From contig BFEA01000019.1 of assembly GCA_003427395.1 (NCBI GenBank), forward strand, positions 4,463,737-4,516,983: DNA of 53,247 bases, given 5' to 3'. How positions within the stretch are numbered: the first letter of the stretch is position 1; the number at the start of each line of letters is the position of its first letter. The notes below the pieces were generated by a model that saw nothing but the letters and a program-made list of their open reading frames with translations, made no database searches and was not told the origin of the DNA. The translations under genes were made by a program, and so were the position numbers. Of the stretch, positions 12,093-24,672 are shown piece by piece. The stretch comes from Chara braunii. Its lineage: Eukaryota > Plantae > Charophyceae.

Positions 12093-13121
12093 GTTTTGGT
12101 TTCAGATGATGAGCAGGATGCGCTCAGCACAGACCCTGATGAGATTTTGGATACAGACAGCGAAGAAGTCAGTGGCGATGAAGAAGACATTTTCAGAAGC
12201 CTTCTTGAGCGTGCTGGTTTCCACCTCAGCTTTGGGGATAGTCCGCCGTTGATACTGGACCCTTCGCAACTACAAGTCACGCTGCGGGAGAAGCTGCTGA
12301 TGGATGCAGGGGCTGTGGCTGCATTTCTTGCCGGACTACGAATGTATCTTGATGACCCAGCCAAGGTGAAAAGATTGCTAATGCCTACCAAAGCTGCCGC
12401 ACCTTCAGTGACTACTGTTAGTGGACCTGCTGGCATGCAGAAAGGGCTGGGATGTGGCATCAATGGGAAGGGTCAAGCATATGGGGTTGTGGGAGGACAA
12501 GCGGCTGGAGGCGGGGAAGCTACCTCGCCAAGCTTGATGAACCTGCTCATGGGGGTGAAAGTGCTCCAACAGGCAATAGTTGACCTGTTGCTAGATATCA
12601 TGGTGGAGTGTTGTACGGAAGGAGGTGCTTTTGGAGGGTCTTCCTTGAAAGGGGCAGACAATGGAAACAACTTGTTTGCAAACACAGGTGTTGCCTCCAT
12701 GGCATCAGGAGGGGCTGCCCCTGCAGTGGAAGGGAAGGCTACGAGAACGACCGAATTTGGGTCTAGAGCAGGAGCAAGTAATGGTGCTGCTGCCGCTGGT
12801 GCTGCTGGGGTCTCAGAGCGGAAAGCAGGAGGGGGATCTCCGTCTTCGCTGGCAAGGCCTGTGGATGTCCGACTTGAGTCTGGAGCAGATTCTGGTGAAG
12901 GAGGGCAGTGTGTCAGCAGTGATTCATCCATAAGTGATGGAGTGGGCATGGGCGTAGGAGTGGGGATTGGTATGGTTCGAGGAGCTGGAGGAGGCATGCA
13001 TGGGTCCAGAGGTAGCGCAAATGGGAGCGGAAGCGGCAGTGGAGGTGGCTCGTCTCCAATGCCTCCAGAACCTCCTGGTCAAGAGCCCTTGAAAAGTCCG
13101 ACCAATTGTCATGTGCAAAAG
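12093..13121 (+). CDS. MATH/TRAF-like coiled-coil protein (At2g25320-like), internal exon
   Basis: ttttcAG acceptor and AAG|GTATGT donor; 343 codons. DALSTDPDE...SGDEEDIFRSLLERAGFHL...QVTLREKLLMDAGAVAAFLAGLRMYLDDPAKVKRLL...SPSLMNLLMGVKVLQQAIVDLLLDIMVECC matches the family as I recall it. Confidence 0.92.
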
Positions 13122-14605
13122 GTATGTCTTTGCACATCCCCATGCTGCATGCACTCTGCGGGGATCGTCGACTTGTCGTTTAAGTGGTCTTTAAGTGGTC
13201 TGCCAGTCACATACATGGACAACTGTTTGCCTGTGTGCAAGCTTTGTTTTTTTGTCATGCGCTTGTGTTTGGCTCTTTGCACACTTCTTGTCTGCTTGTC
13301 TGAGGCTGATAGACTATGAACCTTTTTGTCTGCTTGTCCATAGCGAGGCCTGCGGATTGCTGAGTTTTGCCCACTGAGTGATGCTCAAATTGTTCGCACC
13401 TCGGGCATGTAGGAAAATGATGCAAACACTTTGTAGCTGTGCAACAAACCTTTGCAGGTTGCTTAGTTTGTAGACTTGCGACCAAGATGATGCGTCCCAT
13501 TGAACATTGTTCTCACAGCTCACCAGGAGATGGCACCAGCATACGGATATCATTTCGGTGTAACAATTCCTCGTCCTTGAATCTACGAAAACCAATCGTT
13601 TCTCAGGCGGCGAGTTACGAGTCTTCCTGGGTGCTTCATACCTTATGTGAGGGATGCTCCCTGTGAATGCTCTGATGAAAAATGACTGTTTTCAATATCA
13701 ATATGTTGGGTTACTTTTCATCGGCAGTCAGCGACAATGCTCTTAAAGCGTCTTGTTCTTGCTGTTTGTCGGCAATTCTCTCATGCCACCTTCTTCTGCT
13801 GTTCCCTTCCAGCAACACTTCACGCAAATTCACCACCTTTTTACACGCTCAAGATTTGATTGGATGCAATAACAGTTGATTGGAGGCTTCATAAAAAAAT
13901 GAAATTGAACATACACACCTTAGTACTCCATCAAGCAGAGAAGTCGAGATCGCACGGGGGCGCCCAGCTTCGTTGGTCACAGAGCATCAAACGGGATCCA
14001 AAATGATCCGTCATATGCAGAAACTGCCTGAATATGTATGTGCCCAAGCTCCCTGATATTAGTGTAAAACACTCCCAAGCCTGATGGACTCGCATGCGCG
14101 CCAGGCCTTGCCAAACAAGGAGCGGTGCAGCTTTTTTCTCTTTTGGCTGGTGCTGCCAGCCATTAAGGTCTTGTTGGTCTGAGCCTCGGAATTTTCATCA
14201 GTGAACCATGAGTTTTTTAAAGGTGGCTGGGGCTGTGTACCGGCGGTTTTAAAGATGGTGCTGCTTCTTCTTCCCACCCAAGCAAAGGTACCAACTGAAA
14301 ATTCGTTCGCTCTGCTTCCCAGCTCGTCGTATTTATAGAGCTGTCACATTTATAGAGCTGCTTTTCAACCAAGGCTACTGGGTCTGCCTTCTAGAAAACT
14401 TGAAATCTACATGGTAGGGCCTCGGCCTATATAAAGTTGCATGGCAGGGCCTCGTCCTATATAAAGTCGTAGGTTTGAATCCTGACAGCAGCAGAGCGAA
14501 AAGACAAAAAAAATACAAGAGAAAATCTGGGCAGGTTGTGGGTTCGATTCCCGTTGTGCCAACAACACTCCCCTCAGTTCGAAGTCCCCTGAGAACGTTA
14601 CTTGC

Positions 14606-14912
14606 ATCAACTGAGAAAGACTCTGTCAGAGTCTAGATCAACTGAGAAAGACTCTGTCAGAGTTCAGATCAACTGAGAAAGACTCTGTCAGAGTCTAGAT
14701 CTAGAACTGAGAAAGACTCTGTCAGAGTCCAGATCAACTGAGAAAGACTCTGTCAGAGTCTAGATCTAGAACTGAGAAAGACTCTGTCAGAGTCCAGATC
14801 AACTGAGAAAGACTCTGTCAGAGTCTAGATCTAGAACTGAGAAAGACTCTGTCAGAGTCTAGGTCTAGAACTGAGAAAGACTCTGTCAGAGTCTAGATCT
14901 AGAACTGAGAAA
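14606..14912. repeat. Minisatellite, nine-plus 31/34-bp units with internal palindrome
   Basis: AACTGAGAAAGACTCTGTCAGAGTC(T/C)AGATC(TAG) in tandem. Confidence 0.95.
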
Positions 14913-17609
14913 AACACATATATTCAAACTGTAATAAACTAAAAGAGACATCAAATTACTCTTATGTCACTGTCTGTACACAAATGGTCAGTTTGCAGTG
15001 CACCTGTAATCCTGCGACTAACTGTTGTGCTTCTCCTGCCGGAGTTGCCTCCTCTCATAATGGGGACTATGTGGATCTCATGCGGTAGATGATATTTGGT
15101 CTCCACTTTTGCTGCTGCACCCACGACTTGAATCTGATGGGGTAGATGGTAATTATGCTATCAGACGGCAAGTAAATACGTATATGCATGTATCATCCAC
15201 TTTTCTTCTTTGTCCTCACGAAGCTTTTGTAGTGCCCCTGCTTGCTTATCTGCTGCTACTGCAGTTCCTACTGCTACTACCACAGGTTCTGTTGCTGCAG
15301 TTTCCTCTGCAGCAGTTTCCACAGCTGAAGTCCCCCCTGCGTACGTTTCGCGGCAAGAGCTTCCTCCACTGCAGTTCGAGTGCAAAAATCATCAGTCTCT
15401 TCGGCACTCACGTCCTTAAATTTCTGACTCGTTCGCAATCAACCTCCCTCTCATGGCTGCATTCCTCCTTGCAACCCCTGTTGCTTCCACGGTCTCGGTT
15501 GAGAACGAACTCTTGCGGAATAACCCCCCTTCTCATGGTTGTGTTCCTCCTTGCGACCCCCGTCTCTTCCATGACCTCGTTTGTGAAAAGACTCTCGTGT
15601 TCCCATTGTTCCACCCTCCTTGCTGGAGAAATGCTCATCTCCGGTTTGCCACAACGCCACTGCTCTTATTGTGCATCGTGAAAGGCATGCAATGCACCCC
15701 TCGTCCAGGGATGAGCAGCCTGTCTCTTTGTCTGCCCCGATCCTCACTGTGCCTGGTCCACAGGTTGATGCAGTTCCTTCCTTCTTAACAGCAATATACG
15801 GTACAATGCCCCCTGCAGACAGTCCAGCTTCCTGCGGGCAGCCACCTGGCCGTCTTGTATGCCCTGCAGCATTGGATATTCGCGAGTCACATGCACAACA
15901 GCATAGGCCCACAGTCCACTCCTGATTCGAGGGGCAGTCCCTACTCGGGGCTAATAGGCTGTAACCCCAAACGCCCACGGATTAGAACGTGATTTGCCCG
16001 AATTGCAAATTGTCGCATAAGGCTTAGACCACTTGGGTGATCTGCAAAAGGCTGACTAGCATCCTTTGACTGAACTGCAGAATTTTGCCCCGACAAGGAG
16101 TAGACCACAGGTGTGATCTGCAAACGACTGACCAGCAAACAGCCTAGGACATTTTGCGCTTGCAAACACAATCTGGATGATCACAAATTGTTGGCCAACC
16201 AGCATCCTGCACGCCAGCCTGAGATACCCCAAATCTCTGTGGTGGTGTTCGAATTTTGTGGGGGACCGCTCTCTAAAGTATTTCTCAGTGACTGATAGTG
16301 TGCGAGCACCATGAGGGAAAGGTGAATAGAACCCTAAGAAAAGGAGTGAGATAGGAAACCTGAGACCTGTCGCTAGCAACATCTTCACATTTTCCGCCTC
16401 CCGCTTCATACGCCAGTGAACTTGCTTGCACTTGCCTTTTGGCTTGATGCTGATCTTCCCGGCATACAGGCAGAGGATGATGATAATACCAGGGAAGGAG
16501 GCCTTACAACTGCGGTCATACAAGTAGCAAGTAGGGACTGCCAACCTGAACTACGGAATGCTCCGGCAGGTGAGTGATTTCATCCTCCATTGGACATCTC
16601 TGCCTGCATTGTACACAGACCTGGCTGTTACACGACCATGTTGATTGTTCGAGACCTCACTCATTGTCGGAACAGAACGTTTTTAGGCTGATCCCCTTAA
16701 GGGTCCGCACAGGACAATTCTTACTACGGGATCTCTGAATTGTCCTTGGTGTGGTACCACCGTGGAGTTATTTGTACATGCCTCTTGTCATGGAAAGCTG
16801 TGGGACATCGGCACACCATGGTTCATGCGATGACTGCAGTTACTGATTTCTTACATAATGATGCTGTTTTCTTGCCACTCCACCGTCTGCACACTCTTTC
16901 ATGTTGAAAATCATTCTTCTGCCTCCGTGCTGGAGAGGAATAGTCTTTGACATGAAAGAGTGTGCCGACTTTGTTAGCTCGAGCTTTGAACACCAAAAGC
17001 AGGACAGCACTAATGCTCCTGGAAATTGTGCAATACTTGCTGAGAAATCTCTGCAGGATACAAGGGCTGCCCTTCCTTGAATGAAATTTGTGCCTGGTCC
17101 TTAACGCTTTGCCCATTTGTTAGCCACTCGGTCTTGATTTTTCACATCATGGACAACCCAAAGTTCGGCTTGATTCGCTGTATGCACGCATGTAAAACAA
17201 ACGTGCGATTACAAGAAGGGACAGAGCTTAGCATGCACACAGGGGAACTTCAGATGAGCAAAATAAGCGAATCAGATAATCGTAGAAAGGCTTGTTCCGT
17301 GGATGGCTGTTGGCTTAGTGGTCAGAGCACCGGTTGGAAATGCGCGTTGTGGTATGAGGTTGCGGGTTCAAAACTCTGTTGCCTTGCACATGTACACCCG
17401 CAGCGATTTCGTAGTGCACAAGCCATTAACACACTCCAATTGGACTGACGCATGGTAATTATCACAGACAATGCCTGTGCACCACCCAATGTGTTTAGTC
17501 CATGGTTGCAGTATGCTGGTAGCAGGGCCTTGGGGAAGGGCTGCTCGGCCTTGGGGTGGTCTGACGAGGGTGTGTGTGTAGTGTGTGGTCCAATTGCAAG
17601 GGACCTGAC

Positions 17610-19487
17610 TGTCAACACTTGCCAGAGTGTAACACAATGCATTCCACTTCACCATTCACACAGACTCCACACACAACGCAGAATGGGGATGAGATGAGAA
17701 CCAAGTCGCGCAGCTCATATTATCTCAAACACATTATAAAGAGTATCTCGAGTTCATGTCTCCAAGGGCTCAACAACATGACGTGTCTCTCTCTCGAACA
17801 TCAGCATAATGGGGCCTGGCTTAGCCAGCGCCACCTCTCACAGCAACTCGTCAAGCGCAGAGCAGGTAAGTAGTCACCATAGCCATTTGTCAACCTGTCC
17901 TTCTTCTCCCTCTCTCTCTCTCTCTCTCTCAACATCTCAGTCTTAGTCCTCCTCTCGCATCATACATGCACACTCCTACCACGAAGATCTACTTTGAATG
18001 CAACTCACTGTAGACTAACAGCTAACCCTCTAACTATGCTATCTGGCTGGTGCAGCTATGGCTGCCTTGCAAGCCAGCGCCCAGTTCCTTCCTCCTTCCA
18101 GCACAGCTTCTCCTCCAGCGCTAACCCAGCTAGCCAGCGCACAAGTGCACGCAGCACTTTCCACGTTGATAATGCCAGTGGGGATCTGATGTCAAGGGAG
18201 GCTGGCTTATTGCTTTATACTGCTGGCCTCCCCTGGCGAGGTCTGCATTGGTCTGCATTGGCACTTTGGGCCTCCTTCAGTCCCAGACCCATGCATATGT
18301 GTGTGTCCCAGTGTTTTCCCCTCAGGGTCTGCTGCTGCTGCGGCCATCTGGCCTGAATTTCGGACTGGGGTCTGAACCTAGACCCCCTATTAGACTTTAG
18401 ACAGAACTGGGAACCTGCCCTTTGACTTCCCTTTGGACAGACACACATTCTGCACGAACAGACACTCATACTGCACGAACGGACACATCTCTTGCCTGAA
18501 CAGACATGACCTGCGCACCCCCCTGGACGAGCAGATGAGAATCCCAAATCCAAATATTGCAGCTGTTCGTACAGGGCACAACTGTGACCTTTGACATTAG
18601 CTTTTACTTAGCTAGGATGTGACTTCTGACCCAGAGAACATGTCCTTTGCTCTGCTTTCACGAGTTGGGCCCTGGCGAGTGACCCCTCTATGCTGCATTT
18701 GCCGAACAGGGTCTGAATCGGGTAAAGGCCCTTTTACAATGATCTCTGGGTCATGTCTCGTGTACTCACCATGGACAGGGTAGAGGAGGTAGGTTGGGTA
18801 GAGGTCTTAGGTCTAGATTAGGTTTGTGCACCGCCTTGTTCATATGCAGTGCTCTGTGGGTGTGTCACAGGTGTGTCTGGGTACCGTAGTAGTTTCCTGG
18901 TCTCATGGGACAGCTGCGAGAGTCCATGCTTGCATTGTACGATCCTGGTTCTGGTCTGGCTCCGCACTCTACACCCCCCTTGAGTAGTAGTAGGGGTTGG
19001 GTGTTAGGGACATACGATTCCCAAGGGCGGGCGTCATTTCTATCGATGATGCTTGCGGGCTGGATGTCATCCGCGCTGGTTCTTGTCTGCGTTCCCATTG
19101 AGGGTGTCGATTGGGCCATGAATCTGAGGAAAGGTCTCTGGGTAGGGGTCTCATCTCAGGCAGGGGAGGGTGGGTCATGGCATTGGTAGTAGAAGGGTGG
19201 TAGACACCCATAGAGTCTGCTAGATGTGATACAGGTGGGGAATGACCACATATCCGTGACCCCTCCTGTGTCCGGGTCGGCCTCAAGAATTTGGGGTGCC
19301 CCTATGGTAGCGCCCCGGGGGGACACTCAGTTGAGACCCTCGAAAGGTGAGGGTTGGCGTAGGTCTAGGTTTAGAGACAGGTCTGGGTTGCACCACTGTA
19401 GGGTTCTACTTGCGATCTGATTAGGATAACAAAAAAGAGTTCTCGAATGATGCCCCCCTGGAGGAGACTGTCCTTGGGGCTGTCACA
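17610..19487 (-). mobile_element. Probable LTR (solo or remnant) of an LTR retrotransposon
   Basis: Starts TGTGACAGCCCC on the minus strand at 19487. Candidate other ends at 17610 (TGTCAACA) or 17628 (TGTAACA). Minus-strand GGCCAGCAGTATAAAG near 18212-18227 resembles the TATA context of LTR A. (CT)n tract. No TSD found. Confidence 0.45.
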
Positions 19488-19586
19488 AGCCATCTTATCT
19501 CCCCACTGGTCGAGTACAATAACAGGTGTGTCCTGACGCCTAGCATCCGACCTCTACAACTACGTGGTAGGGGCTGTGCCCATCAC

Positions 19587-19640
<54 letters not shown>

Positions 19641-20779
19641 TGCAAGGGGGTTGTGTGTTGTGTGTGAGTCCTGGCCATAGACACTGCTGTCTCTTGATGG
19701 GGACGGGGGAAGCAGATGGGAGGTGACGCCGCTGCCAAATGCTGTGTCTTTGCGTTAGCCCCCCCCCTCCTCCCCCCGTGGCCCCACCCTACTCCCTGAC
19801 CGCTACTGATTAGGGCGAGGGCCAACATGCATCACCTTGATTATTGTGCAGGTAGCTATGCGTGCAGGGGTCCCCTGTAGAGGCTTAGGAGTAGTGGTAG
19901 GTAGGTAGTGCAAGGTAGAAAATGAAAAAAGGAAAATCCAGCAAATTGCATGCCAAACCTTGTCAAAGTCAGCATTGCTCACTGCGTTACGCTGGGGAAT
20001 TTGATGATGATGACAATTAAGGTGGGTGAAATACGTAGCCTGAGACCTGACAGTGTAAGGATGACATTGATTGACTAAATGTGGCCGTAAGGGTTATCAT
20101 GCCGATAACCATGATGATGGCGATGATGTCTGATGAATGTGCAAATGAACTTGATGATGACATGGCGCACAATAATTTTGAAACGTCTGTGACAACACTG
20201 ACAACTGATCAAAGTGAACTATGGACCGTGAATGATGATTTGGTAATTATTGTATCAGAATCTACCATGATGACGATCAAACGACCAGGTAACAACAGCA
20301 AATTTCAGAACTGCCATTGGATCAGACACTGCTGCCATGAATCTAAGTGCTGTAATAATTCGACCATTGAATATCTGTGTGTCATTCTTGTGCAGGGGCA
20401 ATGCTAAAATTATCTGCCTGCATCTTTCCGATTTAAACGGATGTCCCGAAGGACACAGAGGTTCTATGTAAAAGGAGCTGTATTCAGAAACCCCAAGCCT
20501 CCCCTTCTCCCTTCCCCCCCCCCCCCCCCCCCCCCCACACACCACCACCACCACCACTGCTACCAAAGAAAAGGAAACAAAAAGAAAAGATAAAGAGGGT
20601 ATAAAACAGGCATTTTGTTGCCAGAGTGGTACTTCTTTGAAGTTCTTTCCACTTTTTCAATATTAAAAAGGAAGATTGGTTGTGCAAAGCAATTCCTTTT
20701 GTGGCAGTGGAATGCCATTGTGCTCAGCTCCTACTCTGTAATTTGCCTCTCTGGTTCGATTTTGTCTTCTTTTGTTCAG

Positions 20780-21229
20780 TCTGCAGGTCCAAGATGGCCC
20801 GAGCAATCTGACGAACTCCTTGGTTTAATCGTGGACTCTCTACGAACTCTGGACAGTGTTGTTACACAGGGGTGTCCAGAGCCTAGGCGGAGGCCCCAGT
20901 CAGCACAAAAGATTGCTCTTGTTCTTCAAGCGGCGCCATCTCACCTTCACCAGGACCTGATCGGGCTCGTACCAAAGCTGGTGGATGCAGCCGAGCACCC
21001 AATTGCCGCTCAGGCGTTGCTAGAGCGGCTGAGAGTACCAGATGCAGATCCTGCAACGCGCATGCCTGTCCTTGCATCTCTTAGTCAGCTGGAGGTTGGT
21101 CCTGACGTGTGGGATCACGTCTTCCGTAGTGGACTGGAAACAATGGTTGCGGTGGACGACGATTTGCTTGCAACTGCTGTAAGCATTGTTTTCAAGGCTG
21201 CGGCCGAAGTCAGGGCACTACCTCTAGCG
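20780..21229 (+). CDS. MATH/TRAF-like protein, internal exon
   Basis: Polypyrimidine tract, cAG acceptor and GCG|GTGAGT donor; 150 codons. WPEQSDELLGLIVDSLRTLD...QGCPEPRRRPQSAQKIALVL...LVPKLVDAAEHP. Confidence 0.92.
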
Positions 21230-24200
21230 GTGAGTATTCCCCACTTGCGGACTTTTCCGCTCGTTAATGTGGCCCTAATAGTTTGACAGTGGCTATCTGA
21301 CTGTCGCATCTGATTTTGTCCAATGTTTTGCTGTCCTGTTTCAGCATCTAAATTTGCAGACACCGTGCAACGCATGGCTGTGGAACCCTGAGACGTATGT
21401 GCAGGAGATGAGCACACAAAGTTCTGCTCTGGGCAGTCATGGAAAAATGGCGGCAGCTTCAACATCCAGCTGCGGGTGACTTATTAAAGTCAGATTTGGG
21501 CACTCAGCCGTGTATAACTGGCACTTCCCCGGCCATCTTGTTGCGTCAACTTATAATCACGGGGCCATTTGAAAGGGGTTTGCGTCGCTCACAGTATCCA
21601 GAGAAGATTGACGGACGGAAAAAACAATGACCGTATTCTCTATTCTGAATTTTCTTGTCCATTCTAGAGCACATAGCTGACAGTATTGAGCGGATTGACC
21701 TCCTTGCTTGATAAAAAAACAATGACCCTACTCGATTGGCCTGTCCATTCAAGAGCAATTTATGCTGGATACAATAGAGCGCAAACAACCTGTGTCTCGA
21801 ATATGCCGGTTACAAAGTGTGGTGCACCTTCTCGGGCCGCAGTAGAATCCGGTGGGCCCGCTGATCAGCTCCAAATGTTAGGATCGGGTCTGCAAAACCC
21901 CTGTGGAGGGTAACGAGAGCGAGACGGTCGGAGTCAGCGTTTGGGCGCGAAGTTAGTGGGGGATGGTTGGAATGAGTCTGTGGAACCCATTGGTCGGAAG
22001 CTGGGAACCCATTGGTAGTGCATTTCATTTCGTACGTTTGATGATATGGAATATGTTTGCGTGCAGCGCATAGCGTAACCTCTGTTAGCAACAGTTGGAT
22101 CTGTGTGATCGTATGCTCGCTGCTAGTGTGTTGTCTTGAGTGTCCTAATGAAGCATTATCATGTACTCATCCTTGCTGCTAATTCATGCACTCATCCTTG
22201 CTGCTAATGTGTGCCTTAAGGGCTGTAATGAGGCGTTGTTTGTATTCGTCACCTTCATCTGCACATCACCCCTCGTTTACGGCTTGTTGTCCCTGTAGCA
22301 TACCTAGCCTTGACTCATCATACTGTCAGTTGCATTGCGTTATCGTTTTGTTACAAGTGTTGCAGTGAGCCATCATGATGTTGTACGCATCCAGTTGTCA
22401 TGTCAAACCGTTGAATCATCATCGTGGTGTTGCGCGCGTTGACTTATTGATCCCCTTGATCGACACATTAGCTCGCTGTATGGCTTGGTATTCGTCGTTG
22501 GCATGCCTAAGTAGCTATGAGCAGGTTTCCGTCTCTGTTTCTTTGGCTTCTCAGTCCAGACAACGCACAAGGAATGCATCCAAGAAGAAGCTCTGGGCAG
22601 CATGTGGCTATATTGTGTGAATGATCCCTCGTCCAGGAACCTTGTGTCTGCACCGTGAACACTGCCTGCTTTCTGCTACTCCTAACAGATGAACTCGCTC
22701 TTGGAAATGGTAATGAACCAGAAAGGCAGCCAGGTAGAGAACTCGAGTGTGGGGAGGTTGTCCTACCTACCGCCAGGACAATGGCTGTCAACGTGGTGCA
22801 AATACGACATCTGTGAGTGACTCAGTCACAGCCATCAGAGGGGATTGTTCAAAGCCAACCTCGACAGCCCGTTGAGGATCAGCGACTGCATTCTCTGCAG
22901 CTGAATAACCTCTGTGTGATGATGTAGGTGACGTGCGGTTAGCATATGAGCGCCATCACCTCTGCCAGGACAAATTTGATGGAAGGTTGAGGCTACCCTC
23001 TGCTTGGATAATCCAGGTGACCCTTCTCTCTGTACTCACCTTGGCCATCCTTTTATTGCATGCCCTTTATTTCCGGAAGGGCTTGATCCACACTTTATGT
23101 TGGAGTGTCATAGCCATGCCTGTCTTTCTGGCCTGTGGAAGTCTTGTTGCGTGCCTCACCCGTCTCTGGCACAATCAGGAACAATGCGTATTATTTTGAC
23201 ATTCGGATGAACTGTTTTTCACACAGCATTGCATCGTGCTTGTCCCATCTTGAGTCGTGGGCACCTAGCATTCCCTCGGTATTTCCCATTCATGTTCCAC
23301 GGTGAGCTCATCCGTTGATGCCAGCTATGATGTTGCAACCTGAGCGCAGGTGTGGCCATTATGATGGTTAAGTGGATGTACGATCATCTCCTGCTGCGGA
23401 GCCTTGTGCTCGGTTGATAATGCCGGGGTTGTTTCTGTGATTTTGGCTCCATGCGTGTGTATGTTCGTGCATGTCCGTGCATGTGGGTCCTCTCATTGTT
23501 TTTTTTTTTTTTTTTGTGGGCGCTGTCTGTCTGTCTGCTGTTTCATTTTCAACCGCTTTCCTCTTGCTCCTACTATGGATCTAGTTTCTATTTCAATGGC
23601 TGATGGCCCCAAGTGGTAGCAGTGACACAGCAACTGTTTTCATACAGCAATTTGTATAATGGCGCCAAGTTTGTGAGCTGTGCATATGTTTGAACTTTGA
23701 ACCTTTGTTCTATTTTGCATAATGGCGTTATCGTGATTTCATCACCGTGCCGTCCTAACAAAGGTACAGTCATCATCGTGCCGTCCAAATCGGCTCTAGT
23801 CCATGTCTGGCTGGCCACATGTTTTGAAGAAGAACCTGCACATATGCATGCGCATATGCCTGCACGTATCTCTGATTGTTTAGCACTTGAAAAGTGGCAT
23901 GCCGTCCACTGCAGTGCATCTGAAACTGTTCACAGGCCTGGCAAACACTTTTGAGCTGTGCTGGCCCCCTAGGAACCAGGGTGGCTTGGAGACGACCACT
24001 GTGCAGGCACCTCTGGATGAAATGTACACGCTGTGCACACCACTTGTTGAATGCGCGATAAAGCCCTTCTACAGCATAGTTGTTTTTCGTCCGTGGGATA
24101 TGGCCATGTTTGTTTGGCTTGTTGTACTGAGTCTCAACATGTTCGTTCCTTTGTTGTCGCAGATTCGTACGAGGTCGCCGGTCCTGTTTGGTTAGAATGT

Positions 24201-24672
24201 GTGAAAATTTGTGGGTGTGATATTGATAGATGGTTTAGTGTTGAGGTGTAGGTCTGGGGGCAAGTTTTCGTGTTGTTGCTGGGTTTCGTGGGAACAACAA
24301 GATGAGCTGCTTTTTCAGTAGCTTCATGTGCAGCTTGGTGTGACTGCTACATTTTAGTGGGGGAATTTCTGGCCTATAGGACAGGTGGCCACTGTGCACG
24401 ATCGATCTCTCCGGGGCGGATTCAAAGAAGGACGTAATAATTCCCAAGAGGTGGACGCATCCGACCTTCTCCGACTCACTGCACTATGTTGCTAGGTGCG
24501 ACTCATGGCGTTTTTAGGGGTCTCAGCTCAGAGGCAGTTGGTAAGGTTAATAAGGATGTCACTGATGCTTGATTGACTTCTTATGCTGGAATGAGAGTTT
24601 GATAGCTTGCAAAACCGTATTCGAGATATCATGGTTTGTTGTTTCGGTGCAACGAATGAAACCTGTTTTTTG

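Noticed and set aside
14606-14912. CRISPR-like array of palindromic repeats
   Set aside because: Units are contiguous with no unique spacers, there are no cas genes, and the context is a eukaryotic intron.
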